Both the position numbers and the translations under genes were made by a program. A DNA stretch of 64,000 nucleotides, taken from positions 1-64,000 of the forward strand of contig JAQBVF010000021.1 in NCBI GenBank assembly GCA_027623675.1, in the 5' to 3' direction. The notes under the pieces were generated by a model that saw only the letters and a list, made by a program, of their open reading frames with translations, made no database searches and had not been told where the DNA came from. The DNA comes from Chloroflexota bacterium. Lineage in GTDB: Bacteria; Chloroflexota; Dehalococcoidia; Lucifugimonadales; UBA3495. The stretch's first letter is position 1. Every line of letters begins with the position of its first letter. Of this stretch, positions 1 to 8,244 are shown in pieces.

Positions 1-105
1 CCTTCCTCACAGCAACAGCTGTGGCTATTTTAGGAGCGGAACTCTCACTTAGCTACCTGTCCGAATTTCCGGGTCCACCTCAAATCCCTAAATGACTTCG
101 CAGCG

Positions 106-1080
106 ATGTTGGCGGTCACGGAAGACCGTTTACGGTGGCATGCCGTTCGGTCTGATCCAGGCAAACGCTATACAGAATTTAAAATCCCCAAAAAAGGCGG
201 AGGCGAACGGAAAATTCTCGCTCCCAGCCCGGGACTCAAGTTGATTCAATCCCAGATTAATAACATTCTTCAAGATGTTTATCGACCGCGCCAAGCCGCA
301 TTCGGGTTTATTAGGAATCGCGACATCAGAAAAAATGCTCAACGGCATACAAGTAATCGCTGGGTCTTTAATATCGATTTGGAAGATTTTTTCCCATCCA
401 TCAATTTTGGGAGAGTCCGCGGGCTGTTTATCAACAAGCCCTATGAACTTCCCAGGTCCGTTGCCACGATTATAGCTCAGATTTGTTCTCATAACGACGA
501 ATTGCCTCAAGGTGCTCCGACATCTCCTGTACTGTCCAACATGATATGCAGAAGATTGGATTACGAGCTAACTTCGTTAGCAATAAAACATCACTGCACC
601 TACTCACGGTACGCAGATGACATCACGTTCTCATCAAACAGACCACTGTTTCCTGCGGCCATCGGAGTAGCAAAATTTGGTGAGAATGGTGGCACAACAA
701 TCCCGGGTGATGAATTAATTGCAGCAATTACAAGAAACGGATTCAGGATCAATGAAAGGAAAACCAGGCTTCAACGAAGTGGTCGCCGGCAAACAGTCAC
801 AGGCCTGGTGGTAAACCGAAAGGTCAACGTGCCAAGAAGTTTCATCCGAGACCTCCGCGGGATGCTACACGCTTGGGAAAAATATGGTTTAGCTGCAGCA
901 CAAGATGCATTTGAAACGAAATATTTCAACGGAGGCCTTAGAGCTCCATTCATGAAGGTACCTAGATTAATCGACCATATCGGTGGGAGAATCTCCTATA
1001 TAGGTTTCATTCGAGGCAAAGGAGATGCGCTATATATACGATTCAGAGGATGGTATAAATCTTTGGATTCTGCTACTTGA
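106..1080 (+). CDS. Retron-type reverse transcriptase (true start may lie slightly upstream)
   Basis: RT motifs IDLEDFFPSI, LPQGAPTSP, YADD; retron-specific region X NAQRH (NAxxH) and region Y VTG (QTVTGLVVN); N-terminal KKGGGERKILAP. Lower GC than flanks (25/60 G+C at 301-360). Confidence 0.92.
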   Translation: MLAVTEDRLRWHAVRSDPGKRYTEFKIPKKGGGERKILAPSPGLKLIQSQINNILQDVYRPRQAAFGFIRNRDIRKNAQRHTSNRWVFNIDLEDFFPSINFGRVRGLFINKPYELPRSVATIIAQICSHNDELPQGAPTSPVLSNMICRRLDYELTSLAIKHHCTYSRYADDITFSSNRPLFPAAIGVAKFGENGGTTIPGDELIAAITRNGFRINERKTRLQRSGRRQTVTGLVVNRKVNVPRSFIRDLRGMLHAWEKYGLAAAQDAFETKYFNGGLRAPFMKVPRLIDHIGGRISYIGFIRGKGDALYIRFRGWYKSLDSAT

Positions 1081-1105
1081 TGTTGGACAGGGCAGATGGT
1101 TAGGT

Positions 1106-2068
1106 ATGAAACCGATCATACGACGTATAAATGATATTGATTCCCTAATAGATCTCCTACGGTTCGGAAATCCCATTTGGAAAGGGGCTACTTTCCAGCA
1201 AATTGGGTTTCGCGGCCAAGCAAAGGCTTCCTGGAATCTCACCCCCAAATCATTTCGGCGCGGGGTGAGATTGGGTTACAAGGGTTTCATTGTGTCTTCC
1301 CCTAGCCCTGAGATAATTGAACAAACAAGAGCGGAATACGACGCAGTAAGGGCCTTTGTGGAACTCGGAGATAGCGTCGGCCTAGAATTACCAGGAGACA
1401 TTGGCAGATTTCGAAATCATCGAAATCGCAACGGAACTGATGCTGACGAATTTTGGAGAAAACATTGGCCAGATTCAGAAGACCATCAATTACTTGCCAT
1501 TGCACAGCACCATGGCGTTCCCACTCGTCTTTTAGATTTCACCCACAACCCTCTCATCGCCGCTTATTTCGCCGCATCTGATTGCCTCAAGAAACTTCAA
1601 TCTGGCGAACGAACCGCAGAATTCGCAATTTGGGCAGTGGATCTCCGGTTTTTCCGCGAGATTCGATACATCACGAATCGACAATCGGCCGATGGATACT
1701 CTAGCGAAAGACTCCTCGAAGTATTAGTACCCCGACACAATAACAACTTCCTTCGGGCTCAATCTGGTTTCTTTTTGATTGACCAGCGTGCTAACCAAGA
1801 TTGGAGCATCAAAGGAGGATCCTCACTTAATCAAGTGTTTATTGAACGTACGAATCGCTGGCGGACTCGCAAAGGCTTCTGGGGAGCGACTAAAATCTCA
1901 GATTTTTTTCTACCGTATGTCAAATTGAGAATCAACTCGGGGATAGCTGAAAGCACGTTGCGTTTTCTCCACGGAGAAGGAATCAATGAAGCATCGGTGT
2001 TCCCGAGTCATGATCACATACATTTGGCACTCGAATTCATGAGTATCCAAGGCCATCCGCTGGAGTAG
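1106..2068 (+). CDS. FRG domain protein (candidate retron effector)
   Basis: FRGQAKASWNLTP and LLAIAQHHGVPTRLLDFTHNPLIAAYFA, plus RAQSGFF, are FRG-domain signatures. ATG at 1106 (25 nt after RT stop) preferred over the overlapping 1025 start. Confidence 0.88.
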   Translation: MKPIIRRINDIDSLIDLLRFGNPIWKGATFQQIGFRGQAKASWNLTPKSFRRGVRLGYKGFIVSSPSPEIIEQTRAEYDAVRAFVELGDSVGLELPGDIGRFRNHRNRNGTDADEFWRKHWPDSEDHQLLAIAQHHGVPTRLLDFTHNPLIAAYFAASDCLKKLQSGERTAEFAIWAVDLRFFREIRYITNRQSADGYSSERLLEVLVPRHNNNFLRAQSGFFLIDQRANQDWSIKGGSSLNQVFIERTNRWRTRKGFWGATKISDFFLPYVKLRINSGIAESTLRFLHGEGINEASVFPSHDHIHLALEFMSIQGHPLE

Positions 2069-2303
2069 CAGACCATAGCGGAATTTATTAGGCGTTCTTC
2101 AAACTTTCAACATCACCACTGCAATACAAACCAGAACCGTTGAACCGAGTTCACCAGAAACTCATATGTGATGCCAGACAGATTTGATTAATGCCCATAA
2201 CCACCCCCATTTGACACCACCCCGCCATTCCGCGATGATACCTCCGCTCCCGGAGACTGTATCTGGGGGCGATAAATCATGACTCTGAAGGAGGCGCTTT
2301 CCG

Positions 2304-3398
2304 ATGGTTAAGGCCGCCGTATTGTATGAACCCATGACCCCGCTGGTTATCGAAGACGTTGAACTGGACGACCCCATGGCCGGGGAGGTCCTGGTCAAGG
2401 TCGGAGCCGCGGGCATCTGCCGCAGCGACCGCCACTTCATGCACGGCGACGCTCCCATCGCGCTCCCCGTAGTCCTGGGCCACGAGGGCGCGGGCACCGT
2501 CGAGCGGGTCGGCCCCGGCGTAACCTCGGTCAAGCCCGGACAGCAGGTCATCCTCTCCTTCGTACCCTCCTGCGGGCGCTGCAAGAGCTGCGTCATCGGC
2601 AACTCCCACCTGTGCGACAGCCACGGCGCCACCGGCCCCAACATGTACGACGGCACCACCCGCCTGCACAAGGGCGAACAGCGCATCCACCACATGGGCA
2701 AGACCGCCTGCTTCGCCGAGTACGCCGTGGTTCCCGAGGCCGGCTGCGTGCCCATCGACGCCAACATCGGCATGGATATAGCCGCCCTCATCGGCTGCTG
2801 CGTGCCCACCGGCGTGGGCGCGGTAACCGCCAGCGCCAACGTCCAGCCCGGCAGCACCGTGGCGGTCATCGGCTGCGGCGGCGTGGGCCTGAACGTGATC
2901 ATGGGCGCGGCCCTGGTCAACGCCGGCAAGATCATCGCCGTGGACATCCGCGAGAGCCAGTTGGAGTTCGCCATGAAGTTCGGCGCCACCCACACGGTGA
3001 ACGCCTCCGACCAGGACCCGGTGGCCCAGGTTAGAGCGCTGACCGGCGGCAAGGGCGCCGACTACACCTTCGAGGTCTTCGGTTCGGCCGACACCACCAA
3101 GGCCGCCTACGACATGGCCGGCAAGCGGGGCGTGGTGACCATCGTGGGCATCGCCCCCGTGGGCGCGGAGGCGGGCATCAACGCGGTGGACATGGTCCGG
3201 AACGAGAAGACCATGCGCGGCACCTACTACGGCTCCACCCACGCCAGCGTGGACATGCCCAAACTGGTGGACATGTACCTGGCCGGCAAGCTGAACCTGG
3301 ACGATCTGGTGGTCCGCCAGTACTCCCTGGACCAGATAAACGAGGCCTACGGCGACATGGACAAGGGCGAGGTCGGCCGAGGCGTCATAATGTACTGA
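2304..3398 (+). CDS. Zn-dependent alcohol dehydrogenase (MDR, class III-like)
   Basis: GICRSD, GHEGAG, structural Zn CGRCKSC..C, Rossmann GCGGVG; RBS AAGGAGG upstream. Confidence 0.93.
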   Translation: MVKAAVLYEPMTPLVIEDVELDDPMAGEVLVKVGAAGICRSDRHFMHGDAPIALPVVLGHEGAGTVERVGPGVTSVKPGQQVILSFVPSCGRCKSCVIGNSHLCDSHGATGPNMYDGTTRLHKGEQRIHHMGKTACFAEYAVVPEAGCVPIDANIGMDIAALIGCCVPTGVGAVTASANVQPGSTVAVIGCGGVGLNVIMGAALVNAGKIIAVDIRESQLEFAMKFGATHTVNASDQDPVAQVRALTGGKGADYTFEVFGSADTTKAAYDMAGKRGVVTIVGIAPVGAEAGINAVDMVRNEKTMRGTYYGSTHASVDMPKLVDMYLAGKLNLDDLVVRQYSLDQINEAYGDMDKGEVGRGVIMY

Positions 3399-3482
3399 AC
3401 GGGCAGGGTTTCGGCCGGTCCGGACACAGCAGAAGCTGTTTCGGACGGACGCCACGGGCGTTGGGACCCAATAACATAACCG

Positions 3483-3522
3483 AAAAGAAGAAGCCTCCCT
3501 GCCTGGGGAGGCTTCTTTCTTG
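3483..3522 (+). terminator. Intrinsic terminator after ADH (possibly bidirectional)
   Basis: 12-bp stem AAGAAGCCTCCC (3488-3499)/GGGAGGCTTCTT (3506-3517), A-rich 5' flank and T-rich 3' flank. Confidence 0.8.
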
Positions 3523-3587
3523 CCTGGAGCGACAGGATTCGCCCCGCTGAGGACCACTTCTTAGCGTTGTCACCTCAAGCGCACTTA

Positions 3588-3677
3588 TGTCATCCTTGGA
3601 ATGATGGCGGATCTCTCTGACCGTGCCAGCTTCAATGACCCCGGCATGCAGATTCTTCGGCTGTCGCTCAGAATGAC
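3588..3677. repeat. REP-like inverted-repeat element (TGTCAT...AGATTCTTCG...CTCAGAATGAC family)
   Basis: Right arm AGATTCTTCG..CTCAGAATGAC (3650-3677) recurs at 49075-49098. Confidence 0.6.
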
Positions 3678-3705
3678 CACTGGGCGGGGCGGGATTCTCT
3701 GACTC

Positions 3706-3833
3706 CTGTCACCGCGAGCGGAACACGCTCCTGTCATCCCGAGCGGAACACGCTCCTGTCATTCCGAGCAGAACACGCTCCTGTAATCCCGAGCGGAACA
3801 CGCTCTTGTCATCCCGAGCGAAGCGAGGGATCT
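3706..3833 (+). repeat. Tandem array of 4 x 25-bp units ending in a REP-like arm
   Basis: Unit CTGTCATCCCGAGCGGAACACGCTC at 3706, 3731, 3756, 3781 (0-2 mismatches), followed by TGTCATCCCGAGCGAAGCGAGGGATCT; each unit holds a GAGCG/CGCTC hairpin. Confidence 0.9.
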
Positions 3834-3953
3834 TCACGCCGCGGAAGAACCAACCATGATTCCAGCAACCGGTCATGGGGACAAACTTGATGGCCGGCAG
3901 ATGTGAGCAAGGGAAGCCAGCCCGCTAGGGTAGAATAAACTCCAGAGGTACAC

Positions 3954-4409
3954 GTGGAAGAACTGACCATAAAATTGGTGGAGACCGAAGCCGAGATGGA
4001 GGGCGCCATCGGGGTGCGCTTCCGGGTGTTCGTGGCGGAGCAGCAGGTGCCCATCGAAGAAGAGCTAGATGAGGTCGACGCCAGCGCCACCCACGCCATC
4101 GCCATCGCCAACACGCCGGGGCATGAGGGCCAGGTGGTGGCCACCGGCCGGGTCTTCTACCGCGACGAGGACAGCGCGGCGCGCATCGGACGCATGGCCG
4201 TGGACGTGGACTGGCGGCGGAAGGGGATCGGTAGCCGCATCCTAACGTTCCTCGAAGAAGAAGCGGCGTCCCAAGGCGTGAGCACCTACATCCTGAACGC
4301 CCAACTCTACGTCAAGGATTTCTACGCCGCCCACGGCTACGTCGAGCGCGGAGACACCTTCCTGGAAGCGGACATCGTCCACATCCTCATGAGGAAGGAA
4401 GCGGGGTAA
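3954..4409 (+). CDS. GNAT family N-acetyltransferase (ElaA/YjcF-like)
   Basis: VRFRVFVAEQQVP..EELDE, IGRMAV..WRRKGIG, LNAQ..FY...GY, FLEADIVH; GTG start after GAGG. Confidence 0.88.
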   Translation: MEELTIKLVETEAEMEGAIGVRFRVFVAEQQVPIEEELDEVDASATHAIAIANTPGHEGQVVATGRVFYRDEDSAARIGRMAVDVDWRRKGIGSRILTFLEEEAASQGVSTYILNAQLYVKDFYAAHGYVERGDTFLEADIVHILMRKEAG

Positions 4410-4584
4410 GCCGGAAGCCGACCGTTGCCAACCGGCGGCATGCAGCGGAGTGCCGCTCGAGACGATACGCCCGGATGCCGCCATTCGCCCGGATGCGCCG
4501 CGGCAGCACGGACCGCGCCTCCAACAGTCAGCCCCGACTTTCTCCCCCGGGCTGACCGCCGAAAGCCGCTATAGACGACGGCTG

Positions 4585-4881
4585 CTAGGCCGCGTAGGCC
4601 CCAGCCATGTTTTGAACGTCCATCTTGGCGATGTGGCTGCTCGGCTGGTCGCCCAACGCCTGGAATCCCGGCGAGTTTCGGAACGCCAGCTCCTTGGCGG
4701 GGACGTCGTCGCCGTCCTGGAACCGGCGGACCCAGATGAACTGGGTGCGGTCGGCGTTGACCCAAGTGGCCACCACGGGTATGCCCATGGCTTCGTGGGC
4801 CGGCTTGATTCCGGACTCGAACAACTTCAACCAAGAATCCATCATCCCTTTGTTGATCGTGTACGTGCGCATCTGGTCCAT
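4585..4881 (-). CDS. NIPSNAP family protein
   Basis: QMRTYTINKGMMDSWL..F, FIWVRRF; RBS AAGGAGAG upstream. Confidence 0.8.
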   Translation of the reverse strand: MDQMRTYTINKGMMDSWLKLFESGIKPAHEAMGIPVVATWVNADRTQFIWVRRFQDGDDVPAKELAFRNSPGFQALGDQPSSHIAKMDVQNMAGAYAA

Positions 4882-4943
4882 GATTCTCTCCTTTCTGTTC
4901 TGTACGTCTTTAGGCGTTTTTATCGTTTAATAGCGGGCCGGTC

Positions 4944-5255
4944 TTAAGCAACCGCCACCGGCGCCAGCACTTCTTCCACCACCCGCACGTCCATCCTGGC
5001 GATGTGGCTGGTGGGCTTGTCACCCAGGGCCTTGCGGCCCGGCGAAGCGAAGTAGGCGGCTTCTTTGCCCTCGATCTCCTCAACGCTGTCGAAGCTCCGC
5101 ACCCAGATGAAGTCGGTGCGGTCGGCGTTGACCCAGGTGGCCACGATGGGGATGCCCAGGCTGTCGTGTACGGGGCGGATCTCCTTGTCGAACAGCTCCA
5201 ACCAGGAGTCCATCATGCCCTTGTTGATCGTGTAGGTGCGTATCTGTGAAACCAT
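4944..5255 (-). CDS. NIPSNAP family protein (paralog of 4585-4881)
   Basis: QIRTYTINKGMMDSWL..F, FIWVRSF; RBS AAGGAG upstream. Confidence 0.8.
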   Translation of the reverse strand: MVSQIRTYTINKGMMDSWLELFDKEIRPVHDSLGIPIVATWVNADRTDFIWVRSFDSVEEIEGKEAAYFASPGRKALGDKPTSHIARMDVRVVEEVLAPVAVA

Positions 5256-5355
5256 TGCTTCTACTCCTTGCGGCTGCGGATATTGATATCAAGTGGGGCT
5301 TTATCAGGGTCAATCGTCTCGGTCCGGCAACCCCCAACCTATTTTCTAACTGAGC

Positions 5356-5421
5356 GTCAATCCGAGTCCGCCGTCGGGCGGGGGGAGAACCGCCAGGTCC
5401 CTCGCTTCGCTCGGGATGACA
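5356..5421. repeat. REP-like element
   Basis: 5398-5421 TCCCTCGCTTCGCTCGGGATGACA is the exact reverse complement of 3807-3830; degenerate partner arm GTCAATCCGAG at 5356. Confidence 0.75.
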
Positions 5422-5487
5422 TGGTTGGGGAGGGCGACCGGGTGCGCAGGGTGACGGCGAGTGCGTGGCCTGGCGGCCGTGTCCGGC

Positions 5488-6585
5488 TCACACCGCGTAC
5501 TGCTTGATGGCGTCCTCGTCGAACTTCAGGCCCAGGCCCGGCTTGTCCGGCACCTCCAGGCAGCCGTCGACGAACTTGGGCGTCTCCTCGAACAACTTGA
5601 GCGTCCAGGGCATGTATTCCACGGTCAGGCCGTTGGGGATGGCGCCCATCAGTTGGATGTGAATCTCTGGGACCAGGTGGCTGACCACGGGCAGATTGAA
5701 AGCCTCGGCCATGCCCGCCACCTTCCGCCACTCGGTGATGCCCCCCACCCGCAATAGGTCAATCATCACGATGTCGACCGACTGGTTTTCGATGAGCTGC
5801 CGGAATGGGTTGATCCCGTAGACGTACTCCCCGGCCGCCAGGGGCGTGCTCAAAGCGTCGGCCACCCGGGCCATACCCTGATAGTCGTCGTGGGCGACCA
5901 CGTCCTCAAGCCAGAACAGATTGTACTCCTCGACCCGCTTGCCGATGGTGGTGGCCTGGTTCACGTCCCAAAGCTGGTTGATGTCGCACATGATGTCAAT
6001 TTCATCGCCAACGGCCTCCCGCAGGGTCCGCATGCGCATAACCTCTTTGGCGGGGGTGTTCTCGGCGCCCATCTGCGACTTCATCTGCCGGAACCCTTTC
6101 TCGACCAGCGCCGGCCCGATCTCGGCCAACTGCTCCAGGTTCATGGGCCGCATCAGCGCGCCGCTGGCGTAGGTCGGCACGCGCTTGCGGTAACCACCCA
6201 ACAGGGAGCATACCGACTGGTCCAGCGCCTTGCCCTTGATGTCCCACAGCGCCATGTCCACCGCGGCCATGGCCAGGGTCAGGATGCCGCCGGGGCCGGA
6301 CCCGCTGGTCCTCTGCCGCAATCCCTGCATGACCGCCTCGATGTCCATGGGGTCTTGACCTTCCGCCAGACCGCAGAGCGCATCCACCGCCGATTTCAAA
6401 GCCGGCGCCAGCGGGCTCAATCCCAGCGCCGGAGCGAAGGTCAGGCCGATGCCCTCGATGCCTTCGTCGGTCATCATCTTCACGGTCACGAAGGCGCGCA
6501 TGCCGCCGGACCTGGGCTGCACGTCCACCAACGCCTCGTCGGCGGGAGCGTGCAGCACCTGAGTTACTGACTTCGTGATCTTCAT
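5488..6585 (-). CDS. Mandelate racemase/muconate lactonizing enzyme (enolase superfamily) dehydratase
   Basis: AAVDMALWDIKGK, metal ligands CDINQ / WLED / AGEY, acid His in VVSH, VEYMPW, PGLG; ATG 6585 preferred. Confidence 0.9.
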   Translation of the reverse strand: MKITKSVTQVLHAPADEALVDVQPRSGGMRAFVTVKMMTDEGIEGIGLTFAPALGLSPLAPALKSAVDALCGLAEGQDPMDIEAVMQGLRQRTSGSGPGGILTLAMAAVDMALWDIKGKALDQSVCSLLGGYRKRVPTYASGALMRPMNLEQLAEIGPALVEKGFRQMKSQMGAENTPAKEVMRMRTLREAVGDEIDIMCDINQLWDVNQATTIGKRVEEYNLFWLEDVVAHDDYQGMARVADALSTPLAAGEYVYGINPFRQLIENQSVDIVMIDLLRVGGITEWRKVAGMAEAFNLPVVSHLVPEIHIQLMGAIPNGLTVEYMPWTLKLFEETPKFVDGCLEVPDKPGLGLKFDEDAIKQYAV

Positions 6586-6738
6586 AACCAAACCCCTTGT
6601 TAGGTGTTCCGGACAGTCACGCCTGGTGACCATACATGACAACTAAGAGGCCCGATTCTACCACAACCTAGCTTCGATCCTACCCTCATTTTATCTACCC
6701 AATTACCGACTCAGATTTCCCGCCGGCCGGAAAAAGCG

Positions 6739-6818
6739 TTGACAACCGATTCCGGACGATTTACCATACTCAACAAGACATAGTATTCATGCCGGTTTAG
6801 TATTCCCGAATTAGTATT
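6739..6818 (+). promoter_or_regulatory. Sigma70-like promoter and candidate operator of padR-arsM
   Basis: TTGACA (6739-6744)-17 nt-TACCAT (6762-6767); ATACT-N11-AGTAT inverted repeat (6766-6786); TAGTATT at 6781, 6798, 6812. Confidence 0.6.
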
Positions 6819-6859
6819 GTCGCCGCCGGCAAAATCTCGGCAAAGCACTTAAGGGCAAC

Positions 6860-7249
6860 ATGACCACCATCAAGCTGGAAACGAAAACAACGGCGATGCA
6901 GACCGAGGCGTACTGGGAGAACCTGGTGAAGCGCAGCCTTTGCCGGTTCCTGCTGTTGGCCCAGCTGGACAAGGGCCCCGTTCACGGCTACGGCATTAAC
7001 CAGGCCATCAAGGAAGCCTGCCAAGGTTGCTGCGAACCCACTGAGGCCATGGTCTACTCCACTATGAAGGAGCTTCAGGAGGCGGGCTACGTTGACTGCC
7101 GCATGGAGGAGCATCAGGGCCGTCAGCGCCGCGTCTGCTGGCTCACCGACTCCGGCCAGGAGGCGTTTCGAGCCGCCGCGCGCGTCTGGCAACGGATGAT
7201 TCCCACGGTGCAAGATTGCATCGAATCAGCCCTGCCCGATAGCAAGTAG
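6860..7249 (+). CDS. PadR family transcriptional regulator, Cys-rich
   Basis: LLLAQL..GPVHGYGI, EAMVYSTMKELQEAGYV, RRVCWLTDSG; contains CQGCC. Confidence 0.88.
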   Translation: MTTIKLETKTTAMQTEAYWENLVKRSLCRFLLLAQLDKGPVHGYGINQAIKEACQGCCEPTEAMVYSTMKELQEAGYVDCRMEEHQGRQRRVCWLTDSGQEAFRAAARVWQRMIPTVQDCIESALPDSK

Positions 7250-7296
7250 CTACCGGTCAACCGACCGCATCATATAAATCAGGGAGGACGAGAAAG

Positions 7297-8100
7297 ATGT
7301 CCACTGACCAAGAAAAGATAAAAGACCTGGTGAAAGAGCGCTACGGCGCCAGGGCCGAGCGGGTGATCCGCCTGACCCCCGCAGACCTGGCCTCGGACGA
7401 CTGCGGCTGCTCAACCGACGGCGCCTGCTGCGGCGTCGAGGACCTGGACCACGCCATGCTGCTCTACAACGAAGGCCAGCTTTCCGGACTGCCCATGGAG
7501 TCAATCGCGGCCTCGGCCGGCTGCGGCAACCCCACCGCCCTGGCCGGCCTGCAACCGGGCGAGCGGGTGCTGGACCTGGGCTCGGGCGGCGGCATCGACT
7601 GCTTTCTGGCTTCCCAACAGGTCGGCGATACCGGCCACGTGACCGGCCTGGACATGACCCCCGCCATGCTGGACCTGGCCCGAGCCAACAAGGCCAAGCT
7701 GGGCATCAGCAACGTGGAGTTCGTCCAGGGCGAGATGGAGAAGATGCCCATCCCCGACGCCAGCGTGGACGTGATCATCTCCAACTGCGTGGTGTGTCTC
7801 TCCCCCGACAAAGACGCGGTGTTCACCGAGAGCTTCCGCGTGCTGACCCCGGGCGGCCGCATCCACCTGTCAGATGTGATGGCCCTCACTCCCCAGGGGC
7901 CCAGCGTGTCCTCCCCCGAGGACTGGGGTTCCTGCACGGCGGGCGCCGAGTATGTGGATGTGTACCGCGACCGGCTGGTCCGTGCCGGGTTCATCGACAT
8001 CGAGTTCACCAGCGAGCAGGTGGACTACCTGGATAATCACCCCGAGCGGCCACCAACCAACACCGCCGGCTACAAAGTGGTAGCCCACAAACCGGCATAA
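7297..8100 (+). CDS. arsM: Arsenite S-adenosylmethionine methyltransferase
   Basis: AGCGNPTALA, VLDLGSGGGIDC, DVIISNCV, WGSCTAGA, N-terminal CC pair. Confidence 0.88.
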   Translation: MSTDQEKIKDLVKERYGARAERVIRLTPADLASDDCGCSTDGACCGVEDLDHAMLLYNEGQLSGLPMESIAASAGCGNPTALAGLQPGERVLDLGSGGGIDCFLASQQVGDTGHVTGLDMTPAMLDLARANKAKLGISNVEFVQGEMEKMPIPDASVDVIISNCVVCLSPDKDAVFTESFRVLTPGGRIHLSDVMALTPQGPSVSSPEDWGSCTAGAEYVDVYRDRLVRAGFIDIEFTSEQVDYLDNHPERPPTNTAGYKVVAHKPA

Positions 8101-8130
8101 GGCCCCCCGATTAATCGGGGCCTGGCAATT

Positions 8131-8170
8131 AGGGGACGGCGCCTTTTGTGAAGACGCCGTCCCTTCTTTT
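8131..8170 (+). terminator. Intrinsic terminator after arsM
   Basis: GGGACGGCG (8133-8141)/CGCCGTCCC (8155-8163) stem then TTCTTTT. Confidence 0.7.
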
Positions 8171-8244
8171 GCTATGAAAACGGCGATCGCCTAGCTAGCG
8201 GGTTTCACGCCGGCTCAACATGCGATAGCCGCGCCCGGTCTGAC

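Noticed and set aside
106..1080. RT as group II intron, DGR or Abi type
   Set aside because: It has retron NAxxH and VTG motifs, QGAPTSP rather than the DGR SQ motif, and no maturase domain or intron RNA.
1025..1105. Longer FRG start overlapping the RT
   Set aside because: 56-nt overlap with RT; ATG 1106 fits FRG domain boundaries better.
2162..3557. Long antisense ORFs (also 19815-20894, 40433-42031, 52454-53452, 59230-60357 and others)
   Set aside because: Shadow or alternate frames of well-supported genes, expected at high GC; no motifs.
3706..3833. CRISPR array
   Set aside because: Units are contiguous with no unique spacers, and no cas genes are present.
4468..4496. CGCCCGGATGC direct repeat between convergent genes
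   Set aside because: Only two short copies in GC-rich DNA; no supporting context.
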